Positions 24,222-36,730 of a stretch of 64,000 bases of DNA are shown here, one piece after another (the first letter of the stretch is position 1; every line of letters starts with the position of its first letter). Location of the stretch: positions 169,818,001 through 169,882,000 of the forward strand of contig NC_083243.1 of assembly GCF_032191835.1 (NCBI RefSeq). The letters run 5' to 3'. The position numbers were made by a program, and so were the translations under genes. The notes below the pieces were generated by a model. The model was not told where the DNA came from. It saw only the letters and a program-made list of their open reading frames with translations, and searched no databases. The DNA comes from Heteronotia binoei (lineage: Eukaryota).

Positions 24222-26879
24222 CCATAGAATCCACCCTTTAAAGCAGCCATTTTCTCCAGGGGAACTGATCTTTGTAGCCTGGAGATCAATTGTAATATTT
24301 GGAGAAGTTGGCAACACTTCTTTCATGGAAGGGAAAGATGAACTAGTAGAAGTGGAGGAAATGTGATGCCCTTTATGGGTCCCCTACTTGTAGGGTTGCC
24401 AGCCCCAGCTGGGGACTGGATATCTCCCAGTTTTACAACTGATCTCCAGCTGGCAGAGATCCACTCCCCTGGAGAAAATGGCTGCTTTGAAGGGAGCCTG
24501 CACAAGATTACACAGTCTTCAGTTCTTGGTGGTTCTTCTGCTTCATATAGATTTTATTGGAAGCAGATTTTTCTCTTCCAAAAAGGCCAGTAGGCTTAAG
24601 AACTTACACATTTGTGTGCTATGAAGTTTGTCCCTTAAGCACTCTGACAAAGCACATCCCAGTCATGCTGTAAAGCTGCCTAGGACAGATATTGTATATG
24701 GATCATATTTTTGAGAGAATTAATCTTCTCGCTGCTTTTCACAACCAGTTGCCCTGAAGGGCTAACCAACAGAGCATAGAGGTCAAGATAACATCCAGAA
24801 AAGGCTTTGGCACCAATGCCGGGTTTGTTGGCTTTCTTGGCCAGGGCAACAGGTTAGCCACTGTGTGAAACTGGACTAGATGGACCATTGGTCTGATCCA
24901 GCAAAGCTTTTTTTATGTTGCCAAGTTAATTTATCAAGATATAAAACCTCTCAAGTTTGCAGTATTGCCTTTCTGCATCAATCCTCAAGTAAGTAATGTT
25001 TATGAAATTCCATAATATGTTTATATCTGTTTCACATTCAAATACTAGCCAGAGTATAAACAATTTTGTGGCAATTAAAGATTTAGAGCTGCCCCTGGGG
25101 CTGAGAACAGTCCTTGACTATACTGTGGAGATGTGGGCTCAGTCCCATGTGCCACAAGTCAAAGAAACCGAAGGATTCACTCTGGGAATTTTACAGATAA
25201 TATGACTTAGAAAGATAAGCTTGTTCATCCATAGATCCATAGCAGTTCACAGACAGCAGGACACAGTAGCCAAATATCCCTTTTGCCTGGATACTGTTTT
25301 ATTTCTATATATCTGTTTTCACAGGAAGAGTTCCACCAGCCTCCATTCTGATATAATCCACATGCACAAGCTTCTCAAGCAGTTCAGCAAAGGCTAGAAA
25401 CCTTTGCAACAACAGCAGAACCTCCAGCTTGTCATCTTGGGGTGAGTTGTGGATTTTGATATAATTTATTCTTATTGGAGCACCACAACTGATGCATAAG
25501 GGCTGAAGGAGAGATACAGAGGTGAGGAGACTAGCTTTTCCATAAGAGCTTCACAATGACTTCTAGGTATTTTCACATTCAGATTCAATGACACTGGTTC
25601 ATGTTAGTGATTTCTGTTTTAAATTCTATTTCTTTATCTCAAGCAGTGCGATGGATCACTGGATCAAATAATCATTGAGAGGCATTTAACATGAAAAAGC
25701 AAAAACATATTTATTTCTACAGGGAAAGGGTACTGGGAGGTGAAAATAACAAACACTAAAGAACTACATCCTCACACATTGAAAACTACATGCTTCATGG
25801 AGGCTACTTCCTCCTTCTTCTTGACCTCTCTGCCTCAACAAAGGAAGTCACCTGACTAACTGACCAAACAAACAAAAACAGGTTTTCCCGCTTCTAGACC
25901 TTGATTGACAGCAGTCAGTATCTTCTTCCTAGGTCATGCAGACAATAGAGAATCAGGAACAATGTTAACCCTATAATGACTGGAACTTTAGAACATTGCA
26001 AAGGACATACAAAACAGATACATATTTCCAACAGTTCCCTTTCCCTGAATTCAAAGCAAAAACTATTTGAGCTATCCTTTTTTTTTTTTTAAATGCCGAG
26101 GGACTTGTCTTCTAAAGAATAGCTCTTTTGTAGAATCTAATTGATGCTCAGAATGCCCTGAATGTCCCTTATTTCAGAACATCCAGACACTGAATACAGC
26201 ACTCACATATCGTGTGTGTGTTTGTGACAGTTTTCCAATATGACTAAGTATCTCCTTTATATTGTATTTGAAGCAATCCTACAAGGCTCATGAAACAGGC
26301 TTAGTTGTTAAACCCAGTCAGTAAGTTATGGCCTTAACTAGGAACCTCTTAAGCATCTCCCTTGTCCTCTTGATCTATGTATGCCTGTGTTTTTAGAAGT
26401 CCAACCATAACATTTTGCACTGTAAAACATTTGCACTAGTGCTGCTTAAAAATGTTTATAAATGTTACAATTTAAAGCGGAAGTCTTGTCCCTAGTGACG
26501 CTTGCATATTAAATAAAAATTTTAAAAGCAGTTTTTGAAAGGGAAAATGTAGAGTGGAGAAGCTGCAAGCAGGAGGGTACTTGACACTTCTCTTGCTTGT
26601 TCTTCCATTTTAAAAGGAGACAGTTTAAGCCACTTTTCTGGGATTCCCAAGCGAGTGTTTCCACCAATGTGCAAAGCAGGGGTAGAAGAAATCTGAAGGG
26701 ATCACCTTGAGCAGGAGGATGTACTTAATAATTATTCTGTCTGCTTCATTTCCTTTGAAACTTTTCACAAAACTGTTCTTCTCACAGCCAGAGACAAAGG
26801 GGAAGGGGCTGCAGAGAAAGAACTATGGGCAGCGGCAGGCTTGAGAACCTTTTTTTTATCTAGCACTTCTCCCCTACAA

Positions 26880-27175
26880 CCTGGCCTCCAGCGACCAGCG
26901 CCGGCCTCTCCGCCGCCTCCCCGGCCTCCACCGCCGCCGCTGGGCCTCGCGTGCGGGCGGGGAAGGCGGCAAGTGAGGGAGGGAGCGTCCCTGCGCGTGC
27001 GCAGGGATGCTCCCTCCCTCACTTGCCGCCTTCCCCGCCCGCGCGCGCGGCCCTCCGGCTCTCTGGCTGGCTAAACCGGGACCTCTAATGGTCCCGGTTT
27101 AGCCAGCCCGGGAGGCGGGAATTTGCCGCCGAAATCAGGACTGTCCCGGGCAACCGGGACGGTCTGGCCACCCTA
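26880..27175. mobile_element. CpG-rich hAT-MITE-like fragment with two palindromes
   Basis: Right end gtctggccacccta (reverse complement TAGGGTGGCCAGAC); palindromes at 26948-27047 and 27065-27108; left TIR not found. Confidence 0.6.
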
Positions 27176-27790
27176 GTGCAGGGTAACCAGGGCACAGAGG
27201 TGGGGAACCCTGCAAGGCAGAGTTGGAACCCGAAGGCATTCAGTTGCAACCAGTCTGGGGTAAACTGGAGGTTTCCCTGCCCTCTCTAGAGAGAGAGAGA
27301 AGTGAAGGGGAGCTGGAGGCCTGGTGGAGGCCTGGTGGAGAAGAGACCCTGCACTGCAACCTCCCAGGAAGAGAGGTAGTTAGGGAAGTGTGTAGGTAGA
27401 GAGGACTGTGTTTTTCTTCTGTTTCATTTGTACCCTGTTGGTCCCCAGTATAACCTTTCCCTTGTAGTGTGCCTGACCCAATCCATATATGTTTTCCCTG
27501 TTTATAATGTAAATACTTTGAATAAAGACATAGCTTCTTTTGGAGTTAACTAGTGGAGTCATGCTCTGACCACTTGGTCTGACCACTCTGCATGTTGCCC
27601 AGAAGAAAAAGGGTACCCTGAAAAGAGAAAGGAGAGGCCTGATTTTTGGGTTGCCAACTCTCCAGGGCCACCCCGAAGACTGGAGATTTCACCTCCAAAC
27701 AAGGAGATTCAGCCAGAGGTATCTCACTGTCCCTCTAAGACAGCAGTGACAAATTCAGTGAGTGGTGGCAGCAAACTAAGGAAACGTTAC
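27176..27790 (+). mobile_element. LTR-like remnant
   Basis: AATAAA near 27521; ends resembling ...ctgca (~27592) and ...cgttaca (~27790). No TSD identified. Confidence 0.35.
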
Positions 27791-28029
27791 ACCCACCAGG
27801 GGGTGGGGTAGGGTGGCAGCCTCAGACGGCTGAACAGTTGCAAGGACTGAGGGCAGGTGCCTGTTCCGCCCCAAATCACATATAGGCTGCTAGTATTCAG
27901 TATAACATAAGCACCAGATGGTAAGGTGCTAATACGATGCTGGGGGGAACGATGACTTAAGGGGACACCTGCTGGATCAATTAAAAGCCTGGCAAAAGAG
28001 CTCCATCTTACGGGCCCTGTGAAACTTAG

Positions 28030-28220
28030 ATAAGTCCTGCAGGGCCCAGATTTCCAGCAGGAGCTCATTCCACAGGTGGGGGCCCGGACCGAAAAGGCCC
28101 TGGCCCTTGTTGAAGCCAGTCAGGCGTCCTTAGGACCAGGGATCACAAGAAGATGTTGAGCAGCTGACCTCAGAGCCTGGTGGGGGGAGCTCATATGGGG
28201 AGAGGCAGTCCTGAAGATGG
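28030..28220 (-). mobile_element. L2 LINE remnant
   Basis: gctcattccacaggtgggggcccggaccgaaaaggccctggccct, typical of the squamate L2 ORF2 C-terminal region. Confidence 0.6.
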
Positions 28221-29434
28221 CATTTCGCACCAATGAAAACATCTTTGCAACATTGGAGATGCTATAACAATAATGGAACGTTTTTCTATATCTGGTGGAG
28301 CTGCAAAACAGATGAACAAAAACACACTTTGTAATTTTACATATAAGAAAATTTTGAAATTAAATTTAACACCCTGTCCAAAAGTGAGGTTGTTAAATTT
28401 ATTTACACAGCCAAATAAGAAATTGGTCCAAAAATCTCTAGGTTTTTTTCTTATTAGCAGTAAGATTTATCATATCTCAACTTTTGAACTACACAATAAG
28501 AATTACAATTGATATGTAATATGAGCATTTATGGAATAATGTTGGTTGACAAAAAAATAGCTAATCCAATTAGAACAGCAATTAGCATGTGAATGCTTTC
28601 CTAGTCAAAAACTATTTACCCTCCATTTACTACAAGAAACTAATGGAAAGATAGGATATAATAAGTAAAGCATATATAGCTGATAAAATAGCAAAAACAT
28701 CTTTGTAAAACTATAAAACAAATGATGGAATGTCTTTGTTTTAAATTTGATTTGTATTTGTCTTTTTGGGTTTTCTTTCTTATGTTTTGTTAATGTATAG
28801 TTATGTGTATTTGCTTTGTGGCAGAATAAAAATAAAAATTTAAAACTCAAAAGGAGCAGTAGCTTTATATCTGTAATAAGAAATGTGGATGTTTTGTTTC
28901 TGTAAAGTGGGGGATAATCACTGTTTAATTCACTACGTAATTTTCTTTCCTGGTCCTGTGACTGTAGATTCATACATAACTACGGTATTTCCCCAATACT
29001 GTATATTTCCCAGCTTTTTCTAGTGAAAAAGTCCCAAGTGTGCCCAAGTCTTGTGAATAGCTCAATACAGCATTTTCTGCTGAAATTGTGTATTACAATA
29101 ATTGCACCCATTCATAGGATAAAAGGAAAAGTCATCTATAGTTAATAAATCACTTTGGTAGTATTCATTTACAGACAGGGCTTTTTTTTTTTTTTAGAAA
29201 GAGCCCAGCAGGAACTCAGTTGCCTATTAGGCCACACCCACTGACATCGCCATTGTTTTACACAAAACCCCAGCAAGAACTCATTTGCATTTTAGGCCAC
29301 ACACCCAGCCAGAACAGTGTTCCTGTGTGTTCCTGCTGTAGGCCCCCCAGTTTATAATCAATAAATCATTTTGTTAGTTTTTCACTTAATCTTGAGGAAT
29401 GGATACCTGGGACTAGAATACCTGGATATTACAG

Positions 29435-29620
29435 TAAGAGTTGTTCAAACAGTGGAATCAGCTACCTAGGGAGGTGGTGAGCTCCCCCTCACTGGCAGTC
29501 TTTATGCAGTGGCTGGACAAAGACTTGTCAAGGTCAGGATGCTCTAGGCTGATCCTGCATGGAGCAGGGGGTTGGACTAGATGGCCTGTATGGCCCCTTC
29601 CAACTCTGTGATTCTATGAC
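29435..29620 (+). mobile_element. CR1 3' end
   Basis: cagtggaatcagctacctagggaggtggtg...ggttggactagatggcc...ccttccaactctgtgattctatga. Confidence 0.8.
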
Positions 29621-29899
29621 TCTTTTATTAAAGATGAATGAAAATGGCAGCTGTAATAAAGCCTCAAGGCATCAGGTCTCCAGAAGATGCTAAAACTGAA
29701 GGACTAATAAATTATAAAACCTGAGGTCTTGATTATGGATATCATTTTAGCCTAGCATGGACTTTTGAACCCCTGTATAGTCCTTCTCTGAATCACGCAG
29801 ACGTGTTGATAATATACCTACAGCGTGTCTCCACTCAAACTTGAGTCCCCTTTCAGTTTCAGAAAAAAATGAGAGACTGTCAGCCTCTATCTGTAATCA

Positions 29900-29927
29900 T
29901 CTTTTTCCCTCCCTCATTTCTCTGTAG
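29900..29927 (+). promoter_or_regulatory. Probable splice acceptor for the OR10W1-like coding exon
   Basis: ctttttccctccctcatttctctgtAG ending 20 nt before the ATG; a second AG lies directly before the ATG. Confidence 0.6.
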
Positions 29928-29947
29928 GGTGGAAGCTAGTCATTTAG

Positions 29948-30901
29948 ATGCATCCGGAGAACTGCACTGCAATGCTGGACTTCATCTTGTTGGCTTTTCC
30001 CATTCAGCTGGAGCTTGAGATCTTACTTTTCTTGGGCATCAGCCTAGTCTATGCAATCATAACAACAGGTAATGTGCTTATTATGTTAGCTATCTGGGGG
30101 GACCCTCACCTGCATACTCCCATGTACTTCTTCCTGGGAACTTTGTCTGTTGTTGAGCTCAGCTATACAGCAGTTGTAGTTCCACAGATGTTAGTCACTA
30201 GCTTGCAGGAGAGGAAGTTCATCACTTTTATGAGATGTAGCACTCAGATGTTCTTTTTTATTGGCTTCGGTAGTGCTGACTGCTTCTTGCTGGCCGTCAT
30301 GGCCTATGACCGTTACATAGCAATTTGCAAACCCTTGCGCTACACCCTCATCATGACACAACATATATGCACTCAGCTAGTGGCTGCCTCACTGCTGATT
30401 GGCTTCTTGATTTCATTAATGTTGGTGGGGCTGGTCTTCCACCTCCCCTTCTGTGGTGAACATGGAATCAAACACTTCTTCTGTGACGTGCCACCCATAT
30501 TGCAGCTCACCAGTAACAAGACCAAACTTGATGAGGTCGGGGTGTTCTTCAGTGGGATACTGGCCATTGCTGTGCCCTTCATATTGATCTGTACCTCTTA
30601 CCTCTTCATCGCTGTCACAGTGCTGCGGATCCATTCCACTGAAGCGCGTCGAAAGACCATCTCTACTTGCTCCTCACATTTAGCGGTGGTAGCTCTGCAG
30701 TATGGCTGCTGCAGCTTTATGTACTTGCGCCCAAGTTCCAGCTTTTCTCCAAAGCAAGACCAGATGCTGTCAATGGTGTACACTTTAGGCACACCACTAT
30801 TCAACCCCATCATCTATACCCTGAGAAACAGAGAGGTGAAAGCAGCCCTGAGGAAAGTAATCAGCAATCATATCTTCCAAAGGAAATCTGTATGCCATTG
30901 A
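29948..30901 (+). CDS. OR10W1: Olfactory receptor, OR10W1-like, 317 aa, open reading frame intact
   Basis: OR motifs present. YTAVVVP, GSADCFLL, ILAIAVPF, LQYGCC.FMYL.PSSS..PKQD and VYTLGTP match human OR10W1 as I recall it. Confidence 0.88.
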   Translation: MHPENCTAMLDFILLAFPIQLELEILLFLGISLVYAIITTGNVLIMLAIWGDPHLHTPMYFFLGTLSVVELSYTAVVVPQMLVTSLQERKFITFMRCSTQMFFFIGFGSADCFLLAVMAYDRYIAICKPLRYTLIMTQHICTQLVAASLLIGFLISLMLVGLVFHLPFCGEHGIKHFFCDVPPILQLTSNKTKLDEVGVFFSGILAIAVPFILICTSYLFIAVTVLRIHSTEARRKTISTCSSHLAVVALQYGCCSFMYLRPSSSFSPKQDQMLSMVYTLGTPLFNPIIYTLRNREVKAALRKVISNHIFQRKSVCH

Positions 30902-31214
30902 CATCCATGTCTTGTGTACTGGATGTCAGAGGTAGACCGCTGTCATGGAAAAAAATGCTTCTGGGCCCACAAAACAGGAACAAGATCTGCTGTTTCAACT
31001 GGCTTAAACAGTTTGTTTCTGGAAGTTAAGCTGGGTAATTGGGAGCGATATTTTAATGTCCAAAACAGGAGATCAATGAACACTCTCCAGCTATTCTTTA
31101 AACTTTACAATACATCCATGAAGACCAGTTTGGATCACAGCCAAGACTTTGGAGGAGGGGAATTTAATCCTTCCTCTGCATCATGTTTATAATTCATTTG
31201 CAGGAGGGCAGTAG

Positions 31215-31390
31215 AAATATTGGCTTTGCATGTAGAAAGTCCCAGGTTCCACCCCTGCATCTCCAGCTAAAAGGATCAGGTGATTAGGATCAGGTGATGT
31301 GGAAGACTTCTAGCTGCGTGAGCCTGGAGACCTGCTGCTAATCAGTGCGGACAATGACAGTCCAATGGTCTGAATGTGGTCTGATCTGAT
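31215..31390 (+). mobile_element. tRNA-derived SINE
   Basis: gctttgcatgtagaaagtcccaggttc B-box-like head; body similar to 7084-7660. Confidence 0.6.
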
Positions 31391-32858
31391 TGAGTATAAA
31401 GAAGTTCATGGGTTCATATATTTACTCTGAATTTCTTCCCTGGCTTCTACTTGGCATATCGGGAGAACAGATATTGGTGTCCAATATGGTATCCTGTTCC
31501 TTGCAGGGCAAGGAGCAGCGGGGGTGGGAGTGGTTCAGATACAAATTGTAAAAGAGGAAGGATTGAATGCCACTCCCTAATGCCATACACAGCTACAATT
31601 GGAAGTTTTAAAAAAACTGCAGTAGATATGTCTAGTGCTGTCTACCTTGTGACTAAGGCAGAACTATACACAGAACACAAAGATATTCCAGTCCAGTGGT
31701 TTCCATGTAAAGGCAGAATGAGGGAGTACTTGCAGGGGAAAATGGACAGGTAAGAGCGTGGTTAATTCCCCTGTGCTCTGAGCCTGTCCTTCAAATGCCC
31801 TTTGCCACATAGTTGTAAATACTTTCTTATTTGGGGTCCAAAGTCACAAATAATTATGGCTGAAAGAAAAAAAGTGTTATAATTCTTTTGGAGGGGAGGA
31901 AAATGGCCTGAGGGAACATTTGCAGGGGAAAAGCAGCAGCAGGCAAAGAAGGGAGTTAAGTACCCTTCCTTCCCACTCACTAGTCCCCCCCCCACCCCCA
32001 CAATGCTCACTCCCTTTACCTTGGCAAATGCAGGACTGGGGCCAGTGTTCCCTCTAAACTGGAGTTGTGAGCAAAAATTCTTTGTGAGTTACTAGCATTA
32101 AAGCTGTGAGCGGGCCTACATTTGACTACCATATAAGCCTAAGCCTACCTCACAAAGTTGTGAAGATAAGGCAGAGGATGAGAAAACAATGGGCAGCACT
32201 CTGCACAAATTGGGTGAATGGGCAGGATTAAAACGTACTAAATATCCAATTTTAAAATGTGGCTATCCAGTTCCAATCTGATTTATCAGGCATATGTGCA
32301 CAAGTATTTAGAAATGTATATACACATGTACGAACTATTTGTCCACTGCAGCAAACTCAGATATAACATTGGGCTAACAACTGTGATGTGTGGAGGTATC
32401 CTAACTGCAGACAGCCAATGGTTAGAGTGTCACACTAGGATCTGGGAGAGCCAGGTTCAAATCCGGACACTGTTCTGCCAGCTTGGTGGTGAGTCACTGG
32501 GTGACGTATACAATATGCCATTAAATGCCAACAGTGCCCTTAAGGTAGAGAAAGCAGGGTATTAAAACCAAATCATCTGCTTCTACTTAATGCTAGAAGT
32601 TTGGCTGCTTACAGAATAAAGCTTATTCTGTCCCCTCTAAACCTTTGATGACTACGGAAAAGATCCAAGCAGGATGGTGACCCAAGAGTTACTCCTTAAC
32701 TTCCTGGCAGTTGCGAGGCCTGGTGGTCCTAGGAAGGTCATTAAGTAATAGGAATAACACTATTTCTTCAGAATATATAGATAAAACATAAGTTGAGTCC
32801 TACTGTGCAGAAAGATTACACTGAATCTGAAAGTTTTTCACTCAGAGCATTATGGAAT

Positions 32859-35800
32859 TGAAGCAGAGAAATAACAAGGTCCGCACAGAGTTACTGATTT
32901 GAAGCTAAGTTTACTTTATGGTACCATAAGCAGAACCCAGTCAGGCATGAGTCCCCAAAATGACTGAGTTAAAATCATTCTACATACAGTTTTATTCACA
33001 CAGAAAACCAGCAGGCAGGCACACAGGCTTATCTGATTTCAAAGGGTCCTGCCCCCACTAAATTCCCCCTGGTAAAATTCCATGACTAAGTTTCCTTACT
33101 TATCTATATACAGCAAGTCACCTGTAGGAGGCTGTTGCCATTTAATCTTACAGCTGGAGCTCACACCCATTGGGTGGTAGAGTCAGTTTCTAACGGCAGT
33201 TTTACAACAGACCCCTTAGTTTGAAGACAAAGCATATTTTTACTCTAAGGCTGGGAGAGAGAAAATTGCTTTAACAAAAGATAGAAAGAGAAGATAATAA
33301 ACCTCGCTGGGCAGTTAATCCCAGTATTCTCTTATCTGATCTTGATAAATTTTCCAGGATACAGGGTTTTTTTCAGGTTAAGCAACTTTTAATCACAAGA
33401 TTGGGAAGGTGATGAGATATCTGCCTGGTGGGGGGCTCAGATTTTACACTTCTTATTTCTACAATTAGGACTAAATTTGACTAAGTGTCTTTTCTTTCCT
33501 AAAACAGCTAAAGAGGGTCTGCAAAAGTTTTCCTAGCCAAAATCCAGTGAAAGATGCTAGGACAAAAGTTCTTTGCAAAAGAGAAAACTTTGACTCTTTG
33601 CAAAGATGTTGGCAATTTACTTCTCTTAAGGAGACTGGATTAACTTTGTATCAGAGACAAGGTTTTCTTTCTGATTATGAGAGGAGAAAATTCAAGCTCT
33701 GGGTGTTTCCTTATTTGCATGTGAAAAAGGTGATACCTGGAGTTTTCCATCAACTTAGTCACATAGTTAAAATTTTCAAATGACCAAATTTCTTCTTGCC
33801 TGGCTAGTTATGGATCTGATTTATAAAAGAAGACGGGTCTCTTTCTCTAAAGACACCTGGTTGCTTGCTTTAAGAGGAGAGACTTGAGGTGAAAATTTTC
33901 TTTCCTTCTTAATGTCTCAGGGCACTGCATTCTCAAAAAAAAATTATATTCCTTTTGCCATTTCTGGTTCTGTTAAAGATTCCAGATTGAGTACGGAGGA
34001 GAGGATTAGCATTCCTTCCCTAATGGGGGAGGCAGGAGGACTGTACATTTGCAATCTAACTTCTCTAGACCAGACTCCAATTTGGGCTGATCTTAGGCAC
34101 TCTCTGTACATGCTCAGAGCCCTTTCCTTGAGCCTGAAATTTATAGAACTAAAGCAGTAAATATTTAACAAAACTAGTTTAATCTCTCTTTCTCAGAGGT
34201 ATTTGGTTCTGGCATTTTAAAAGTGAAAATAAAGGTACAGCTCTCTAAATCTCTCTCTCAATCATGGCAATAAAATGTATTTGTTTAATTTGCATCCTGG
34301 CTGTATTTTAAAAGGGCTGAACCTAAGTTCTTTTGGGCTAACAGAGATCTGATCTTTTGGGCAAGGCCACATTCTCTGCAGTTAGTTTTATTTCCTGAAT
34401 GGGGTTTCTATATCCAGGCAGGACAGATTGCTAGAGATCTAGAATGGAAGTCTAAAGAAAGATGAGATCCCAAGGAAACCAGGCTCTGAGCTCTCGCTCA
34501 AATCAAACTTCTATTACCCTGCAGAGAAAACTGAGTCTGCAGCTTGGAACTTTGTGCTGTGATTCCAGGAGATCTCCAGATCTCACTCTTGAGAACTGGC
34601 CTCTTCTATTTTTAGCCCAAATCATTGCTTTTCTGTTTCTTTATTTTGTTAAGGGGAGAGAGGTCTTTGTTACCTTACAAAGCCAGGTTTCTCTATTCTA
34701 AGAGACATTCAAATTTAAAAGTTAGATTTTTCTTGGGGGGGGGGAAGGTTTAGGGACAAAGGAGCCTTGCCTGCCCATGTGGAACTACCATTCTCTGACA
34801 TTTCCCAGAATTCTGGTTTTTAAGTTCCCCAAGTGGGATGAGTTAAGGGAAGGAAGCTCTTGCAAGAATGAGTGAGATTTGGTCATGTAGAAGTGCCTGG
34901 AGCAAGTTTTTGCTAAAAGGAATACCTTGTGGCATGAGTGTGGAACTCTGTGTAGGCTCAGAGACCACATTTCCTCCATGATTTTGAGATGAGAGAACTG
35001 AAACAGGGACTGTGTTCTCATTTTCATGAGGAGGAGAGGAAGGCTGAGGCTGAACTCCTACATTTGTTCTGTTATACCGTATTTCCTCTTACCCAGTACT
35101 TCTAGAATTTCTAGCCTCTTCTCTGTGGATTTGTAAGATTCTAGGACAGTTTGCAAAAGTTTGGCAGTTTCCTTTTCTTTAAAACTTGCTTCTAACTTTT
35201 GCTGGAGTTCCTGATTTTTCTTAGCAAGCTATTTGATTTCACAGAAATGTTCCTTGAAGTTTTTACACATGTACTCTAGCGGGGTTTTTGACTGATTTCC
35301 ACCCATGGCACATTTAGACAAGACACTTCTAGGGAAAACAAAACAGCAGCTGCCAGTAAGGGGTCTGGCAGCCAGGGAGCCCTGGGGGTTTTCACTTTCT
35401 CTCTCTCGTGACCCAGTGAGGTCACCCTACTGGGAACTGTGCAAGAGAAAGTCCCTCTTGCTTAGAGGCTTCATCTCCTCTCATTCACACATGGCACACA
35501 CAACCACAGAAATCCTCCCAGATCCTAGGTTCTGTGCTTCAGCTCCAAAGCAGAGCCTAATAGAGCTTAAGGGGTGATCAGGCCCTTCGTCTCTCCTAAG
35601 GAGAGGTAATCAGAATTCCCAGACAGTTCATACTCACAATCCTGAAGATCTTCCAATTCCCTAGACACATCAGTTCAACCAGGCGCGGGATCTTGGTTGG
35701 CGAACTGGACACCTTCCCCCACCGAGGAGGAGAGAGCTGGACTTGATCAAAAATGTGACCATGGCACCTAATCCAGTCTTTCCGCCATGAGGGTGGAAGG

Positions 35801-36261
35801 CAGACAGTTATGCAGAGACCCCAAGGGGAAGGAAATGTCCTACCCCGTTATTTTCCCAGCCAATCACACCAAAATGAAGCAGAGAAATAACAAGATCCGC
35901 ACAAACGTACTGGTTTGAAGCGAGGTTTACTTTATGGTATCATAAACAGAACCCAGGTGGGCATGGGCCCCCAAATGTCTGAGTTAAAATCATTCTACAT
36001 ACAGACAGTTTTATTCACACAGAAAACCAGCAGGCAGGCACACAAGCTTATCTGATTTCAAAGGGTCCTGCCTCCACGAAATTCCCCCTGGTAAAATTCC
36101 ATGACTAAGTTTCCTTACTTATCTATATACAGCAAGTCACCTGTAGGAGGCTGTTCCTTTATCTAATCTTACAGCTGGAGCTCACACTCGCTGGGCGGTA
36201 GAGTCTAACGGCAGTTTTACAACAGACCCCTTAGTTTGAAGACAAAGCATATTTTTACTCA
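32859..36261 (-). mobile_element. Non-coding ERV-like element with two ~387-bp LTRs (32859-33245 and 35875-36261)
   Basis: Direct repeats about 90% identical. On the minus strand: TG start, TATATAG, AATAAA, CA end, then TGGTGTGATTGGCTGGGAA resembling a tRNA-Gly primer-binding site (TGGTGCATTGGCCGGGAA). No long internal ORF. Confidence 0.85.
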
Positions 36262-36730
36262 ATATGACAAATATTATTATTTTGGGGGGTATTAATTAAT
36301 TATTCAGGGGCTCCTCTTCAGAATCCTGACCTGACCCTCAAAAAGAGAGGGAGGGAGGGTGAAAGAAAGAGGGAGTTAAACCCTGGTCCTACTCACTTGC
36401 AAACATATATAAACACATTCACTGCCCCCTATGTAAGAAAGAGAAGCACCATGGAAAATTGGCAGCAGGGTGGGGGGGAGAGGCTTGCGTGGCTCCAGTC
36501 ATCTCTGTAAAAATCCAAGCAAAGTGCAGGCCTCCTTGGGGCTGGAGGAGACAGCATCTCTGCCCTGTCCTCCCCTTTCCAGGCATCAGCTGCAGCAGCA
36601 GACACCCTCCTTCCTCCATCTCCATTTGTTAGGCCTTTGAGGGCTTGTGGGGGAGAGACTCACACACACCTGGCTGCACATCAAGAGCCACCGCTGTCCA
36701 GCTTGGCCTGGCCCCCACCTGGTCTAGAGC

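Noticed and set aside
25380-25450. GTGAGT donor as a possible 5' non-coding exon of the OR10W1-like gene (similarly a minus-strand donor near 45837 for the OR6Q1-like gene)
   Set aside because: A single donor hexamer is not sufficient without transcript data.
28330-28980. AT-rich segments resembling L1 3' ends (also 62680-62900)
   Set aside because: No clear ORF2 motif; the listed ORFs are low-complexity.
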